Origin: a virus | Length of the DNA stretch: 31,654 bases | Reading direction: 5' to 3' (one strand) | Virus genome (UHGV): UHGV-0150949 | In this document: piece by piece, positions 19,357 through 28,668 of the stretch | Layout: every line of letters starts with the position of its first letter | Numbering within the stretch: position 1 is the stretch's first letter | The notes under the pieces: generated by a model | What the model was told of the DNA's origin: nothing | What the model saw: only the letters and a program-made list of their open reading frames with translations | Database searches by the model: none | Translations under genes and position numbers: made by a program

Positions 19357-20769
19357 TTACCAACCGGAGGATGAGGGAACGTATATTTCTGTTTCTTCGC
19401 GGACCAATGCCGGGCAATGCATACACATCATCAGCGCATCAGCCAGGTTAGGAGATGGAATACCGAGCTTCTGCTTCATTTCGACCTTAGTCATAAGCTC
19501 CAGCTTCCCGTTGTTATTGAATTTGCGCTGAATCTGCGTCAGTTCTGCAAACAGCTTCTCCAGCATCTTCTCGCCTATCGCTTCTTTGTCGAAGCTCAGC
19601 ATGTCGTCGGGGTCTGCATACTCACCGTGGACAACCGCCCGATATGTCAGATACAACCTGTCAGCCAGCGCGTAATAGAATTGCGCTCGCTTATTGCGGA
19701 ACACATCGCCAATAGTGCGAACGTTGTCGCCCTGCACGACTTCATCAGCCCATGCTCCGGCCTGATACGGTGCATCTTCATCGAACGGCGATTCGCTGCC
19801 CTTAAACATCGTGGCGGTGATTTTCTTACCGGAGAATGCTTCCGTTGTCTGTCTGCGTAGCCCGGCACCAACGCCATCGCCATCCCACAGGTAGTGGTCA
19901 GCGCCGTCTTCAATCGCCAGAGAAGTAGCCCAGTCAGCACCCTCGTTGATGTCCATCAGTAGACCTTCGGCAATGCGCTTAACCACCGAACCGTGACGCG
20001 ATGCATAACCTTTAGCATCTGGCCCTGTATCTGATGGGTCATGCGCAGAGACAACAGCGCCTTTCGCTTTCCATCCGAGTTTCTTGTGCGCATCGGTAGC
20101 AGCTTCAAGCCATTCACGTTTGATGATTGCCATATCACTTGCGCTTACCGGCTCACCAAGCCAGATGTGACGATACAGTGTCGGATTTCTGCGTTTACAC
20201 TCTTCCATCTCCAGACGGAGAACTTCAGGAAAATGCGGGTTGTCGGTGTAGTTCACCGTCAGCAGGCAAATATCATCGGGAGGATTTACAACGAATCGCT
20301 GATAGGTATCGTCGAGGATGTTTTTCGGGTTAAAGCTCACCCATATTTCAGAGAACGGCTTACGGATGGTTGGTATCAGGATATCCCATGATTCCTTCGT
20401 TACCGCTTCCGCTTCCTCCACCCAGCAGATATCAATACCTTCTAGCGATTTAATCTTCGTCGGGTTGTTTTTTATGCCGTAGAACATGAATTCAGCATTC
20501 GTTCCGAGATGACGAATCATTGAACGCTGAATTTCAAACTCAGCCGAATATCCTTCACGCTCGATGGTGTCTTCAAGCAGCCGGATCACCGAATCGCTGA
20601 TACTGTTTTGCAGTTCACGAGCGCAGAGAATACGCACAGGCTGCCGACGCGCCGCCTCAACAAGCAGCCTCGCAATTGCCCATGATTTACCGCTACCTCG
20701 ACCGCCTTTGGCGACTTTGTAGCGATGCGCCTCAATGAACGGTTCAAAGATAGGATTAATCGAGGTCAT
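19357..20769 (-). CDS. terminase large subunit
   Basis: 470 aa. Walker A KGGRGSGKS near the N-terminus and a C-terminal nuclease domain. Length equals Sf6 TerL. ATGA overlap with TerS. Confidence 0.95.
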   Translation of the reverse strand: MTSINPIFEPFIEAHRYKVAKGGRGSGKSWAIARLLVEAARRQPVRILCARELQNSISDSVIRLLEDTIEREGYSAEFEIQRSMIRHLGTNAEFMFYGIKNNPTKIKSLEGIDICWVEEAEAVTKESWDILIPTIRKPFSEIWVSFNPKNILDDTYQRFVVNPPDDICLLTVNYTDNPHFPEVLRLEMEECKRRNPTLYRHIWLGEPVSASDMAIIKREWLEAATDAHKKLGWKAKGAVVSAHDPSDTGPDAKGYASRHGSVVKRIAEGLLMDINEGADWATSLAIEDGADHYLWDGDGVGAGLRRQTTEAFSGKKITATMFKGSESPFDEDAPYQAGAWADEVVQGDNVRTIGDVFRNKRAQFYYALADRLYLTYRAVVHGEYADPDDMLSFDKEAIGEKMLEKLFAELTQIQRKFNNNGKLELMTKVEMKQKLGIPSPNLADALMMCMHCPALVREETEIYVPSSSGW

Positions 20770-21206
20770 TTTCCGAATAGAGTGCTCATCGGTGATGTTT
20801 CAATCTGGATTGCGCCGCCGTCTTTGCCTGTTAATTCGTGATCAACCTTGTCGCGCCATTTATCCTTCTGTCGGTTCTTAAGCCAGAAGATGGCAGCTGT
20901 TGTATCAGGCGGGTAATACTTCTCAAGCGGAGTTTCGACAATTCTGTTTTCAATAACACGAATATCGATGTCTGGAGCCACGAAGCCCATAGCGCGTTGA
21001 TAAAGACGGTCACTAACTTCTGCATCAGCGACGGCCTTACCCTTTTTTATGGACTCCGAAAACTTAGGATAATCAAGCTTCCACTTGTTAATAGTTGACT
21101 CACTGACTTCGAAGAAATCAGCAAGCTCTGCATCGGTGTAGCCCAGCAAGCACAGTTTGCGTGCCTGTTCGGCGTACGCCTCTTGATACTTTGTTGGGCG
21201 CGCCAT
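20766..21206 (-). CDS. terminase small subunit
   Basis: 146 aa directly upstream of and overlapping TerL. N-terminal HTH-like region. Confidence 0.8.
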   Translation of the reverse strand: MARPTKYQEAYAEQARKLCLLGYTDAELADFFEVSESTINKWKLDYPKFSESIKKGKAVADAEVSDRLYQRAMGFVAPDIDIRVIENRIVETPLEKYYPPDTTAAIFWLKNRQKDKWRDKVDHELTGKDGGAIQIETSPMSTLFGK

Positions 21207-21208
21207 GT

Positions 21209-21451
21209 TTATGCTCCGGTAGTGAACAGGTCTAACGCTTCCTTCGATTTACGCACCGCTTCGATAGTGCGGGTCGTGATATCTGAATTAGCGCCGCCTG
21301 ACTGGAAGTGAATTTTGAATAGCTCAAGCTTCAGCTCGTCAGTGCCAATGAATTGAAATGCTTCTTCTGCGGCTGCGTTCTGGTTCATGACCAGTTTGTA
21401 AATCTCTAACTGGAATTTCTGTTCTTCAGTCATGGGAATAATCTCTGCCAT
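21209..21451 (-). CDS. hypothetical protein (80 aa) upstream of terminase
   Basis: Track ORF with GGAG RBS. Stop 2 nt before the TerS start. Confidence 0.55.
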   Translation of the reverse strand: MAEIIPMTEEQKFQLEIYKLVMNQNAAAEEAFQFIGTDELKLELFKIHFQSGGANSDITTRTIEAVRKSKEALDLFTTGA

Positions 21452-21555
21452 TGTTGGCTCCGTTTATCCGTTAAAAGGGATATCAGTTAAGTTATCCCGT
21501 GTAGGGTATAAGCCATTATCAAAGCCACTCTGTAGGGAATGGCTTTTGTAATGGC

Positions 21556-21581
21556 AATAAAAAGCCCCGCGAATGCGAGGC
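21556..21581 (-). terminator. intrinsic terminator between lysis and packaging genes
   Basis: On the - strand GCCUCGC-AUUC-GCGGGGC followed by TTTTTATT. Stem sequence nearly identical to the 1232 hairpin. Confidence 0.55.
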
Positions 21582-21755
21582 TAAATCCTGGTATTTGTAA
21601 TGACTGGCTCTTATCTCAACGCAGCCCCTTACCGCGCGCAAGATGCTCAATATCAAGCATCAGCAATGAGATGTTTAATCTGGATTCACTCCAGAAGTGA
21701 TCACCATCCTGTCTACAGAGCCAGATGTGAAGGATGATGAGTAAAATTATCGCTA

Positions 21756-22193
21756 TCATCGAAGGCATTGCGTCCTGATGTATTCCTGCAGGTAGTTAAC
21801 CTGCGCGGTTATCTTGTCGATTCCACTTCGGAGACGGTAATAATTGAGTTCAGCATCTGCTGTAAGTCTTGGACTTTCTCCATCGCCCATGCTGCTGGCT
21901 CCGGTCGTTGACTTTGCACAGGTGGCGGCGACTTGCAGGCGCTTACGACCAGCAGAAACATCAGCACGGAGACTTTCGATAGTCGCATTAGCATCAGCAA
22001 GCTCCTTTGTGTATCTGGCGTCAAGTTCTGCTACATCACGTTGACGCTTCTGCATGTCAGCGATGATGTACCTGGCTTTATCGCGCTGCTCTTTGTAGGC
22101 GATGGCATTATCACGGTAATGATTAACAGCCCATGACAGGCAGACGATGATGCAGATAACCAGAGCGGAGATAATCGCGGTGACTCTGCTCAT
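21756..22193 (-). CDS. Rz: i-spanin (Rz)
   Basis: 145 aa with N-terminal TM segment and coiled coil. Overlaps the endolysin stop. Contains the embedded Rz1 frame. Confidence 0.85.
   Translation of the reverse strand: MSRVTAIISALVICIIVCLSWAVNHYRDNAIAYKEQRDKARYIIADMQKRQRDVAELDARYTKELADANATIESLRADVSAGRKRLQVAATCAKSTTGASSMGDGESPRLTADAELNYYRLRSGIDKITAQVNYLQEYIRTQCLR
21809..21994 (-). CDS. Rz1: o-spanin (Rz1), embedded in Rz in the +1 frame
   Basis: Track ORF 21809..22024. Lipoprotein signal with LLVVSAC lipobox and a Pro-rich mature part ([16 protein letters not shown]). Start Met chosen at residue 11. Confidence 0.7.
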   Translation of the reverse strand: MLMRLSKVSVLMFLLVVSACKSPPPVQSQRPEPAAWAMEKVQDLQQMLNSIITVSEVESTR

Positions 22194-22666
22194 ACCTCAA
22201 TCTCTCTGACCGTTCCGCCAGCCTCTTTGAATTTTGCAATCAGGCTGTCAGCCTTATGCTCGAACTGACCATAACCAGCGCCCGGCAGTGAAGCCCAGAT
22301 ATTACTGCAACGGTCGATTGCCTGACGAATATCACCGCGGTCAATCATCGGTAAAGCACCACGCTCTTTAATCTGCTGCAATGCCACAGCGTCCTGGCTT
22401 TTCGGAGAGAAGTCTTTCAGTCCAAGCTGCTTGCGGTAGGCATCCCACCAACGGGAAAGAAGCTGGTAACGTCCGGCTGCTGTTGATTTGAGTTTTGGGT
22501 TTAGCGTGACAAGTTTGCGAGGGTGATCGGAGTAATCAGTGAATAGCTCTCCGCCAACAATGACGTCATAACCATGATTTCTGGTTTTCTGACGTCCGTT
22601 ATCAGTTCCCTCTGACCACGCCAGCATATCGAGGAACGCCTTACGTTGATTATTGATTTCCACCAT
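22190..22666 (-). CDS. R: endolysin, lambda R-type lytic transglycosylase
   Basis: 158 aa, near-identical to lambda R as recalled ([39 protein letters not shown]...). Confidence 0.95.
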   Translation of the reverse strand: MVEINNQRKAFLDMLAWSEGTDNGRQKTRNHGYDVIVGGELFTDYSDHPRKLVTLNPKLKSTAAGRYQLLSRWWDAYRKQLGLKDFSPKSQDAVALQQIKERGALPMIDRGDIRQAIDRCSNIWASLPGAGYGQFEHKADSLIAKFKEAGGTVREIEV

Positions 22667-22973
22667 CTTCTACTCCGGCTTTTTTAGCAGCGAAGCGTTT
22701 GATAAGCGAACCAATCGAGTCAGTACCGATGTAGCCGATGAACACGCTCGTTATATAAGCGAGATTGCTACTTAGTCCGGCGAAGTCGAGAAGGTCACGA
22801 ATGAACCAGGCGATAATGGCGCACATCGTTGCGTCGATTACTGTTTTTGTAAACGCACCGCCATTATATCTGCCGCGAAGGTACGCCATTGCAAACGCAA
22901 GGATTGCCCCGATGCCTTGTTCCTTTGCCGCGAGAATGGCGGCTAACAGGTCATGTTTTTCTGGCATCTTCAT
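22650..22973 (-). CDS. S: holin, lambda S-type with dual start (Met1-Lys2-Met3)
   Basis: 107 aa, near-identical to lambda S107/S105 as recalled ([39 protein letters not shown]...). Confidence 0.95.
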   Translation of the reverse strand: MKMPEKHDLLAAILAAKEQGIGAILAFAMAYLRGRYNGGAFTKTVIDATMCAIIAWFIRDLLDFAGLSSNLAYITSVFIGYIGTDSIGSLIKRFAAKKAGVEDGGNQ

Positions 22974-23485
22974 GTCTTACCCCCAATAAGGGGATTTGCT
23001 CTATTTAATTAGGAATAAGGTCGATTACTGATAGAACAAATCCAGGCTACTGTGTTTAGTAATCAGATTTGTTCGTGACCGATATGCACGGGCAAAACGG
23101 CAGGAGGTTGTTAGCGCAGCCTCTTGCCACCCGCTTTCACGAAGGTCATGTATAGAAGGCCGCAGCGTAACTATCACTGATGAGTTCAGGATAGCCAGTG
23201 GCTACGGCTCAGTTTGGGTGTGCTGTTACTGGGAGGCGATGACGCCTGTACGCATTTGTTGACCCGATTCTGCTTCCGGTATTCGCTTAATTCAGCACAA
23301 CGGAAGGAGCACTGTATGTTGCCGGGCCAGATGTCGGCTGCACAGGGAGTCATTGCCGACCCACGCCCTAAACACACTCGTAAATGCGCTTAGGGTTGTC
23401 TCCCCTGGTATCCAGTTATTCCCCGGCTGGGGATACTCCGCACGACGCTAATGCGTTTCGTCCCTCATGGGCTCGTCAGGCGCGC

Positions 23486-23504
23486 AATGCTCTTACCTGT
23501 TGTG
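23486..23504. repeat. 19-bp direct repeat, copy 1 (AATGCTCTTACCTGTTGTG)
   Basis: Exact 19-mer seen twice in the Q-S intergenic region, about 250 bp apart. Confidence 0.7.
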
Positions 23505-23673
23505 TGCCCATTATTAATCACACCGGGCCAGTGCGCCGAATTTGTTTACAAGGAGTCGGAAGACCTTGCTGACTTACAGGCTATTACGCCGCCATCAGAA
23601 CAACATCATCGTTTGCATTTATCTTTGTGGTCAGTTTCTAAAAAACCGCAAAGTCGCCAACTCTGACGAAAAC

Positions 23674-23697
23674 TATCGTTGTGCTGCCACAACGATA
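23674..23697 (-). terminator. perfect 10-bp hairpin, possible tR'-like late-leader terminator
   Basis: TATCGTTGTG-ctgc-CACAACGATA. On the - strand it is followed by GTTTTCG (weak U-tract). About 150 nt downstream of Q, where lambdoid phages place tR'. Confidence 0.3.
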
Positions 23698-23736
23698 AGA
23701 GCACTCGGTGCATTTAAGCCAAGCCCCATAAGGGAG

Positions 23737-23755
23737 AATGCTCTTACCTGTTGTG
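23737..23755. repeat. 19-bp direct repeat, copy 2 (AATGCTCTTACCTGTTGTG)
   Basis: Second exact copy, about 90 bp downstream of the Q stop. Confidence 0.7.
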
Positions 23756-23769
23756 CAAACAAAAAAAGC

Positions 23770-23847
23770 CACCGTTGCAACTTAAGAGTCACTAACGGCA
23801 GCTTATGCGAATAGTGTTGCTCATTTGCTCAATGATGTCAACACGTT
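23770..23847 (-). promoter_or_regulatory. expected location of late promoter PR' / qut
   Basis: TTGACA hexamer directly after the Q stop on the - strand. No convincing -10 found. Placement by analogy to lambda gene order. Confidence 0.3.
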
Positions 23848-24336
23848 CTATGCTACATGTTTAATTTTATCTACACGTTTCCGGTTTTTAAACGCACTAT
23901 CCAGAACCGGATAAATCATAAACAACGAGGCATTGAGGATTTCGTCAACTTCCCGGCGACAGGTTGCGAGCGATGGTTTTTGAATGCGCCCGCCGCCACG
24001 GCATAACATCTTGCGAGGTCTTGCGACACGATGATAGTAAGATGCAATGGCGTGCTTGGAAGATCCATGAGCGTAGTAGCTGAGGAGGATGCCAAAGGCT
24101 TTCTTGTCAATGTACATGACGGAATCGACGACCTGAGAAATCAACATTCCATCATCATCATTGCACATTGGCCTTGTCATAACTCTTCCCGGCTCTACGC
24201 TCTCCATGAACTTCGCTATTACGCTGCTCATGCGCTTTTCAAGACGACCTGAATAAACCCATGCTCCCCACAGTTCAAGCCAGCCATTCAGCCAATCGTG
24301 CTGCTCTTTGGTGAGGTTTAGTTCTCTTATGCTCAT
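23848..24336 (-). CDS. Q: late antiterminator Q
   Basis: 162 aa in the canonical position between the nin region and lysis genes. Cys/His-rich central region. Confidence 0.8.
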   Translation of the reverse strand: MSIRELNLTKEQHDWLNGWLELWGAWVYSGRLEKRMSSVIAKFMESVEPGRVMTRPMCNDDDGMLISQVVDSVMYIDKKAFGILLSYYAHGSSKHAIASYYHRVARPRKMLCRGGGRIQKPSLATCRREVDEILNASLFMIYPVLDSAFKNRKRVDKIKHVA

Positions 24337-24521
24337 CGTCTTCCCCTCTTGCCCTGTTTGACCATCAGGACGCCGTTAACTATTACATGACGCTCGCCTT
24401 TGCTGTCTCGGTTGTACTTGAGCACTGTTCCTCTTGCGCAGGAAAGCATCCTTGCCACTTCGGTCTGATTGCCTCGTGTCTGGATAAGAAGCTCTGGTAT
24501 CGTTTGAATTGTGGCGTTCAT
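24333..24521 (-). CDS. ninH: NinH
   Basis: 62 aa. Matches lambda NinH as recalled (TIPELLIQTRGNQTEVARMLSCARGTV.KY). Confidence 0.85.
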   Translation of the reverse strand: MNATIQTIPELLIQTRGNQTEVARMLSCARGTVLKYNRDSKGERHVIVNGVLMVKQGKRGRR

Positions 24522-24880
24522 GCGTTCTCCAGTTCGGTGATTTTTATTCCAAGCCTTCCACCTGGTACTTTCACACCACGAATTACGCGAATGTCATCGA
24601 ATTGCTCGTCGTCTTCCGCAAATCCGGCGTGGATAAGGGAGTCGAGTAAACCTTTCAGGATGTTGTCGAGGTCGCGGCGGCGGGAGTCTGGAACGTCTGC
24701 GATGACTTTGATGCGGAGTCGTGATTTGGTGAAAATGTCTAACTTAAGTTGGCGGATGATTTGCTGAACGTCTTTTCGGTATTTCTGGCCTTTATCGCTG
24801 ATGTAGTATTGGCTTCCCCGTCTTCGCCAGTAGGTGTTCAGCGACGGTGGGTACGGAAGTGTGAATCTGTATTCTGCCAT
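24518..24880 (-). CDS. rusA: Holliday junction resolvase RusA
   Basis: 120 aa. RusA pattern (FTLPYPPSLNTYWRRRG...DVPDSRRRDLDNILKGLLDSL...GGRLGIKITEL). Confidence 0.9.
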   Translation of the reverse strand: MAEYRFTLPYPPSLNTYWRRRGSQYYISDKGQKYRKDVQQIIRQLKLDIFTKSRLRIKVIADVPDSRRRDLDNILKGLLDSLIHAGFAEDDEQFDDIRVIRGVKVPGGRLGIKITELENA

Positions 24881-25405
24881 TTATCCTCTCCCATGATTAT
24901 GGTGATACCCCAATCGTGATTCCGCCAATTTTCTGGCATTAACGGCTAGAGATATGTCATCGTATAATCCAAGAAATATCTTTTTATTATCACTGTTTAT
25001 ATATGCGCCCCACTTTTTATTCTTCTTATAGTAGGCAACCCCCATTACTCCAGAGCGATTATTAATAGGCTTTTTTCTGTTCCTTGAGTTCTGTTTATCA
25101 TCTACAACGCGCAAATTGCATATTCTGTTATCGCTTTTAACTCCATTTATGTGGTCAATTTCCCCATCAGGTTCACTTCCATAAAAGGATATCCATGCGA
25201 TTCTATGAGCTCGACAAACTTTTTTATTTACAGATATACGAACGTATCCTTTTTCATCTATAGAACCAGCAATCTTACCGGCATATGTTGAATTCCAGCA
25301 CTCTCTTACACTTTCTCTTCTCTTGTATATAAACAAACCTGTTTCGCTATTATATTCATACAATTCATTGATTTCTTTTTGTGTTGGATATCTTTTACCG
25401 TTCAT
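24881..25405 (-). CDS. HNH homing endonuclease with AP2-type DNA-binding domain
   Basis: 174 aa. HNH core (CRAHRIAW...IDHINGVKSDNRICNLR) and C-terminal AP2-like domain (SGVMGVAYYKKNKKWGAYI...). Markedly AT-rich compared with its neighbours. Confidence 0.85.
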   Translation of the reverse strand: MNGKRYPTQKEINELYEYNSETGLFIYKRRESVRECWNSTYAGKIAGSIDEKGYVRISVNKKVCRAHRIAWISFYGSEPDGEIDHINGVKSDNRICNLRVVDDKQNSRNRKKPINNRSGVMGVAYYKKNKKWGAYINSDNKKIFLGLYDDISLAVNARKLAESRLGYHHNHGRG

Positions 25406-25692
25406 GACTTAATCTTCCCCTCCTTCAGCAGTATCGCCTGCGTCCTGATCACGCCTTCGAGGTGGTAAAGTCTGGCGTCTTTGTTGTCGAGAATCCGGGT
25501 GCGTCGGTCGATCTCCGCGTGGCAGTCACTACAAGCCCATGCGCCGATCAGGTCGTCAGGCTTCATTCCCGTTCCGCAAATTCCAGCCATCCGGTAATGT
25601 GCCAGAACTGTGGTTTCAGGATTGCCATTGCATACGCCGTAAATACGTACCTGGCATTCTCTTCCGCGCGCTTCTTTGCGTAGGTTAGCCAT
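25402..25692 (-). CDS. YbcO-like Cys-rich nin-region protein (DUF1364-type)
   Basis: 96 aa. Resembles DLP12 YbcO as recalled (RGRECQVRIYGVCNGNPETTVLAHYR...CSDCHAEIDRR). Confidence 0.75.
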   Translation of the reverse strand: MANLRKEARGRECQVRIYGVCNGNPETTVLAHYRMAGICGTGMKPDDLIGAWACSDCHAEIDRRTRILDNKDARLYHLEGVIRTQAILLKEGKIKS

Positions 25693-26414
25693 TAAGCAGC
25701 CTCCCCTGTTACTTTCAGCATTCCGTTATCGAGCAGCTTTCTGGTCAGCCACTGTTGACCACGCCCGGTGATTTTTGTGGTGAACGATATCTGTATTCCG
25801 TGATTTGTGTTGACCGCTGTTTCTTTCACTGTGAAATAGCCGCGATCCATATATTCCTGCATTGGCACATTGCGCCGGGAACCTGAAGCAATAAGGATTT
25901 TGTGATCGCGCATCCACGCAAACAGTTTGTTTGGACCAATTCCAACAACCTTTGCATAGTTTCCAATCAAAATTCCGCTGGCCTCGCCAACGCGATCGGC
26001 AAACTCAACTTTAGGTGCGGCAATTGCGAGCTGGTTTTCCAGTTGCATTTTCTGCTCAGCAAGATCAGCAGCAAGGCGCAACGCTTCTGGTAGCGTTTTG
26101 GGGATATTAACCGCAGTTTCTTCAAGCTCTCGCCAACGGTCAACAAGACGAGCGGTGAATTCCGGCGACAACTGGGCTACAACGACAATACTGTCTCGCT
26201 TTCCTTGTTCGCCTTCGAATGCATACACACAAAAACTTTGATTTAAGCCTAACCCATTGATTCTTCCACAATCCTCAATTTGAGGAAGCCGGATAACACC
26301 ATTCTTAGCCAGCGTTTCGATGGTACGTTTCACATTGTCATGACGCTTACCCACCAACTCAGCGATTTCAATGCTTGTCATTTTGATGGCATTGCCATTT
26401 ATTAACTCATTCAT
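25692..26414 (-). CDS. phage regulatory protein: Rha-like N-terminus with antirepressor KilAC-type C-terminus
   Basis: 240 aa. N-terminus TSIEIAELVGKRHDNVKRTIETL is Rha-family-like. C-terminal half resembles KilAC/Ant domains. Confidence 0.75.
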   Translation of the reverse strand: MNELINGNAIKMTSIEIAELVGKRHDNVKRTIETLAKNGVIRLPQIEDCGRINGLGLNQSFCVYAFEGEQGKRDSIVVVAQLSPEFTARLVDRWRELEETAVNIPKTLPEALRLAADLAEQKMQLENQLAIAAPKVEFADRVGEASGILIGNYAKVVGIGPNKLFAWMRDHKILIASGSRRNVPMQEYMDRGYFTVKETAVNTNHGIQISFTTKITGRGQQWLTRKLLDNGMLKVTGEAA

Positions 26415-26583
26415 CGTCTTCTTCCTCGTACATTGAGCTATTCGGATCGCTCATCAGTTCTGCGCAGCAGTGCTCACACACGTGAACTTCCAGCACATGC
26501 AGCTTCTGACCGCAGTTAGCGCACGTTAAAGCCCGCTCGACGCTTTCTTTCTGGTATTGAAGGGATTGGGATGGGCTAAGCAT
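26407..26583 (-). CDS. ninF: NinF-like small zinc-ribbon protein (58 aa), not in ORF track
   Basis: My translation: [58 protein letters not shown]. CxxC...CxxCC. Overlaps neighbouring genes at both ends. Confidence 0.65.
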   Translation of the reverse strand: MLSPSQSLQYQKESVERALTCANCGQKLHVLEVHVCEHCCAELMSDPNSSMYEEEDDE

Positions 26584-26965
26584 TATTGGCGTCCTGCATC
26601 ATGAGAAAGACAATCATGGCGGCACGGAGTGGATTGTCATATGCGACACCAACATTCGGTCCGGCATCATCAAACAAGTCCCTTGCGTTGTCTGTAGCGC
26701 ACGGCATTGAGGGATTGTCTAAAATTATGCTGATGTTGTTTTCAGTGATAATCGGCCATGCGTCTGCTGGGTTTGCGCATGGGTTAAAGGATCCGCGCTC
26801 AACCTCTACTTCAACTGCGTCTCCGTTTACAATGTCTCCCTCAAATGAGATAAACACCATCGCGCCATTCTCACCTTCTTTGTAATCCGGTGATCCGTTA
26901 TGAATGGCTTCGAATACCGCCACGTTAATTTCAAAATCACTTAACTGTGAATAATCCATTGTCAT
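26576..26965 (-). CDS. nin-region protein (NinX-like position), 129 aa
   Basis: Internal ATG (residue 13) of track ORF 26576..27001, ATGA overlap with the NinE-like stop. Name by position only. Confidence 0.55.
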   Translation of the reverse strand: MTMDYSQLSDFEINVAVFEAIHNGSPDYKEGENGAMVFISFEGDIVNGDAVEVEVERGSFNPCANPADAWPIITENNISIILDNPSMPCATDNARDLFDDAGPNVGVAYDNPLRAAMIVFLMMQDANNA

Positions 26966-27138
26966 TTCCTCGCACGATGTCTTAGCCACCGGATATCCCA
27001 CAGGTGAGCCGTGTAGTTGAAGGTTTTTACGTCAGATTCTTTTGGGATTGGCTTGCGTTTATTTCTGGAGCGTTTCGTTGGAAGGTATTTGCAGTTTTCG
27101 CAGATGATGTCGGTGATACTTCGTCGCTGTCGTCTCAT
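26962..27138 (-). CDS. ninE: NinE-like small basic protein (58 aa), not called as such in ORF track
   Basis: My translation: [62 protein letters not shown] overlap with the NinB stop. Confidence 0.65.
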   Translation of the reverse strand: MRRQRRSITDIICENCKYLPTKRSRNKRKPIPKESDVKTFNYTAHLWDIRWLRHRARK

Positions 27139-27545
27139 TCGTACCTCCTGTCGGTAAATCTGACACCATGACCAATAGCCCAGGCTGTTGTGTACTCGAT
27201 AAGACTTGCCATACGCTTCACACTCATCTGCGCGCTGCTTTCGCGAATGTTGACGTATTCGCCTTCAAGCCCGGGCAAAACATCAGCTTCCTGTTTTGTT
27301 GCCACTGCATGACCGCTGATCAACAAAACCTTCCATTGTTCTGGTTTTAACCATTTGCCGCACCATTGAACCTGACGAGCGATATCCGCCAGCATCGCGT
27401 GAAATTTTGCGTTCTGGTCAAGGTTGCGCTTGTAGTCAGTAATGCGGATGGTGACTGGCTTGTCTTTATCGAGTGGTGTTGCGAGGATGGCGTTGATTGC
27501 GGCTTGCTGTTGTTGCTTAGTTCGGAGGAATATTGTTTGCTTCAT
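27135..27545 (-). CDS. ninB: NinB (Orf-family recombination mediator)
   Basis: 136 aa. Resembles lambda NinB as recalled ([30 protein letters not shown]). Confidence 0.8.
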   Translation of the reverse strand: MKQTIFLRTKQQQQAAINAILATPLDKDKPVTIRITDYKRNLDQNAKFHAMLADIARQVQWCGKWLKPEQWKVLLISGHAVATKQEADVLPGLEGEYVNIRESSAQMSVKRMASLIEYTTAWAIGHGVRFTDRRYE

Positions 27546-27873
27546 CGAAATTCTTCTCTTTAATTCCAGCGGCTCTGATAGCTTTCATTACTGCAATTAC
27601 CGTTTTGTCACGCCCATCCTCATAACCCATCGCATAAGCACCTTCTTCACCATCTTTCCAAAAGTCGTCATTCGATTCTGGCCAGTCGATATCCAGTTCA
27701 ATAGCTGCTCGCGATGCCTGCCATAAAGTCCACCACTCATTTAAGGAGTGACGAATATCCATGCTTGAAAATGCGAAGTACCTATCACCATTTCTTGCCT
27801 CGGTTATCATCTCGAATGGTAATCTCAATTTTTTGGCAACGTATTCCTCAAACTGCTTTCTTGATTCGTCCAT
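27517..27873 (-). CDS. hypothetical protein, paralog A of 28331..28651
   Basis: Track ORF 27517..27885, start moved to residue 5 ATG (GGAG upstream). Shares the N-terminus MDESRKQFEE, a central W..WQASR.AIE motif and the C-terminal IRAAGIK.KE with paralog B. Confidence 0.6.
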   Translation of the reverse strand: MDESRKQFEEYVAKKLRLPFEMITEARNGDRYFAFSSMDIRHSLNEWWTLWQASRAAIELDIDWPESNDDFWKDGEEGAYAMGYEDGRDKTVIAVMKAIRAAGIKEKNFDEANNIPPN

Positions 27874-27900
27874 ATCACTCTCCATCGATGATTTTTTGGG

Positions 27901-28083
27901 TTACCAATAATATTTGATAGTCGCCATAATTATCGGTAGCAACGCGCAGACAACTGAAAACCGTAAAACAAAACCTACTCCCAATATGCGATATCCATTA
28001 TTCCAGAGAACAAAACTCATCATCAGAAGGAATCCATGAAAAATCGCGACAAGAAATAAACTACAAATAAATGCATTTACCAT
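27901..28083 (-). CDS. small hydrophobic protein (60 aa, two predicted TM segments)
   Basis: Track ORF. Strongly hydrophobic. Embedded in a co-directional gene cluster. Confidence 0.45.
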   Translation of the reverse strand: MVNAFICSLFLVAIFHGFLLMMSFVLWNNGYRILGVGFVLRFSVVCALLPIIMATIKYYW

Positions 28084-28142
28084 CGGTACTTACCACTCGC
28101 TCTTAATCCAATAAAAAAGGGTTTGCTTCACTGAACACTCCT

Positions 28143-28334
28143 TTATTTTTTATGCCTGTAACCCCATTCTTCCAGCAACCTTGCGGCGTACCACCCAAGA
28201 AACAAAGGAAAGAACATTACAATGAGATATTCCCCGCCACGGTCAATGTTCGAAATTGACCAGATTACGATGTAACCAGTGCAGGACAGGAATATTACAA
28301 ACCCCAAAAAGCTACTTCGTCGACTCATGCTCAC
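28143..28334 (-). CDS. small hydrophobic protein (63 aa, two predicted TM segments)
   Basis: Track ORF. Hydrophobic core with basic C-terminus. Start overlaps paralog B stop. Confidence 0.45.
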   Translation of the reverse strand: MSMSRRSSFLGFVIFLSCTGYIVIWSISNIDRGGEYLIVMFFPLFLGWYAARLLEEWGYRHKK

Positions 28335-28651
28335 TCCTTCACTTTGATTCCAGCAGCGCGGATGTTTTCCTCATAAGCATCCATTGCATCACCGAAGCCA
28401 TTGGAATAATCAACAGTAAACCCTTTGGCTAATGCTTCTCTGCTGTCGATAAACTTTGGCGCGGTTATTTCAATAGCTGATCGCGATGCCTGCCACGTTT
28501 GCCAGTGGCCTTGAACATCGTCCATCACGTATTGACCACCAATATTACCACTGCCAATTTCATGGTGATTTTCAGGGTAACGGATAAGGTCTGAGGATTC
28601 GCCTCCACGTCGCAACCAACTTTCTTCAAACTGCTTTCTTGATTCGTCCAT
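28331..28651 (-). CDS. hypothetical protein, paralog B of 27517..27873
   Basis: 106-aa track ORF sharing N-terminal, central and C-terminal motifs with paralog A, with patches of near-identical nucleotide sequence. Confidence 0.6.
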   Translation of the reverse strand: MDESRKQFEESWLRRGGESSDLIRYPENHHEIGSGNIGGQYVMDDVQGHWQTWQASRSAIEITAPKFIDSREALAKGFTVDYSNGFGDAMDAYEENIRAAGIKVKE

Positions 28652-28668
28652 CGATATTTACCATCAGT

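Noticed and set aside
19357-19426. Longer portal N-terminus starting at the track start 19426
   Set aside because: Would overlap the TerL 3' end by 70 nt and appears to use a non-ATG codon. The ATG just after the TerL stop gives a typical portal start.
22974-23847. tRNA genes or Shiga-toxin-like cargo between Q and S
   Set aside because: Manual scan found no GTTCGAATC-type T-arm motif on either strand and no ORF with an RBS. The small ORFs (e.g. 23186..23377, 23542..23814) lack starts or RBSs and are on mixed strands. Needs tRNAscan to be certain.
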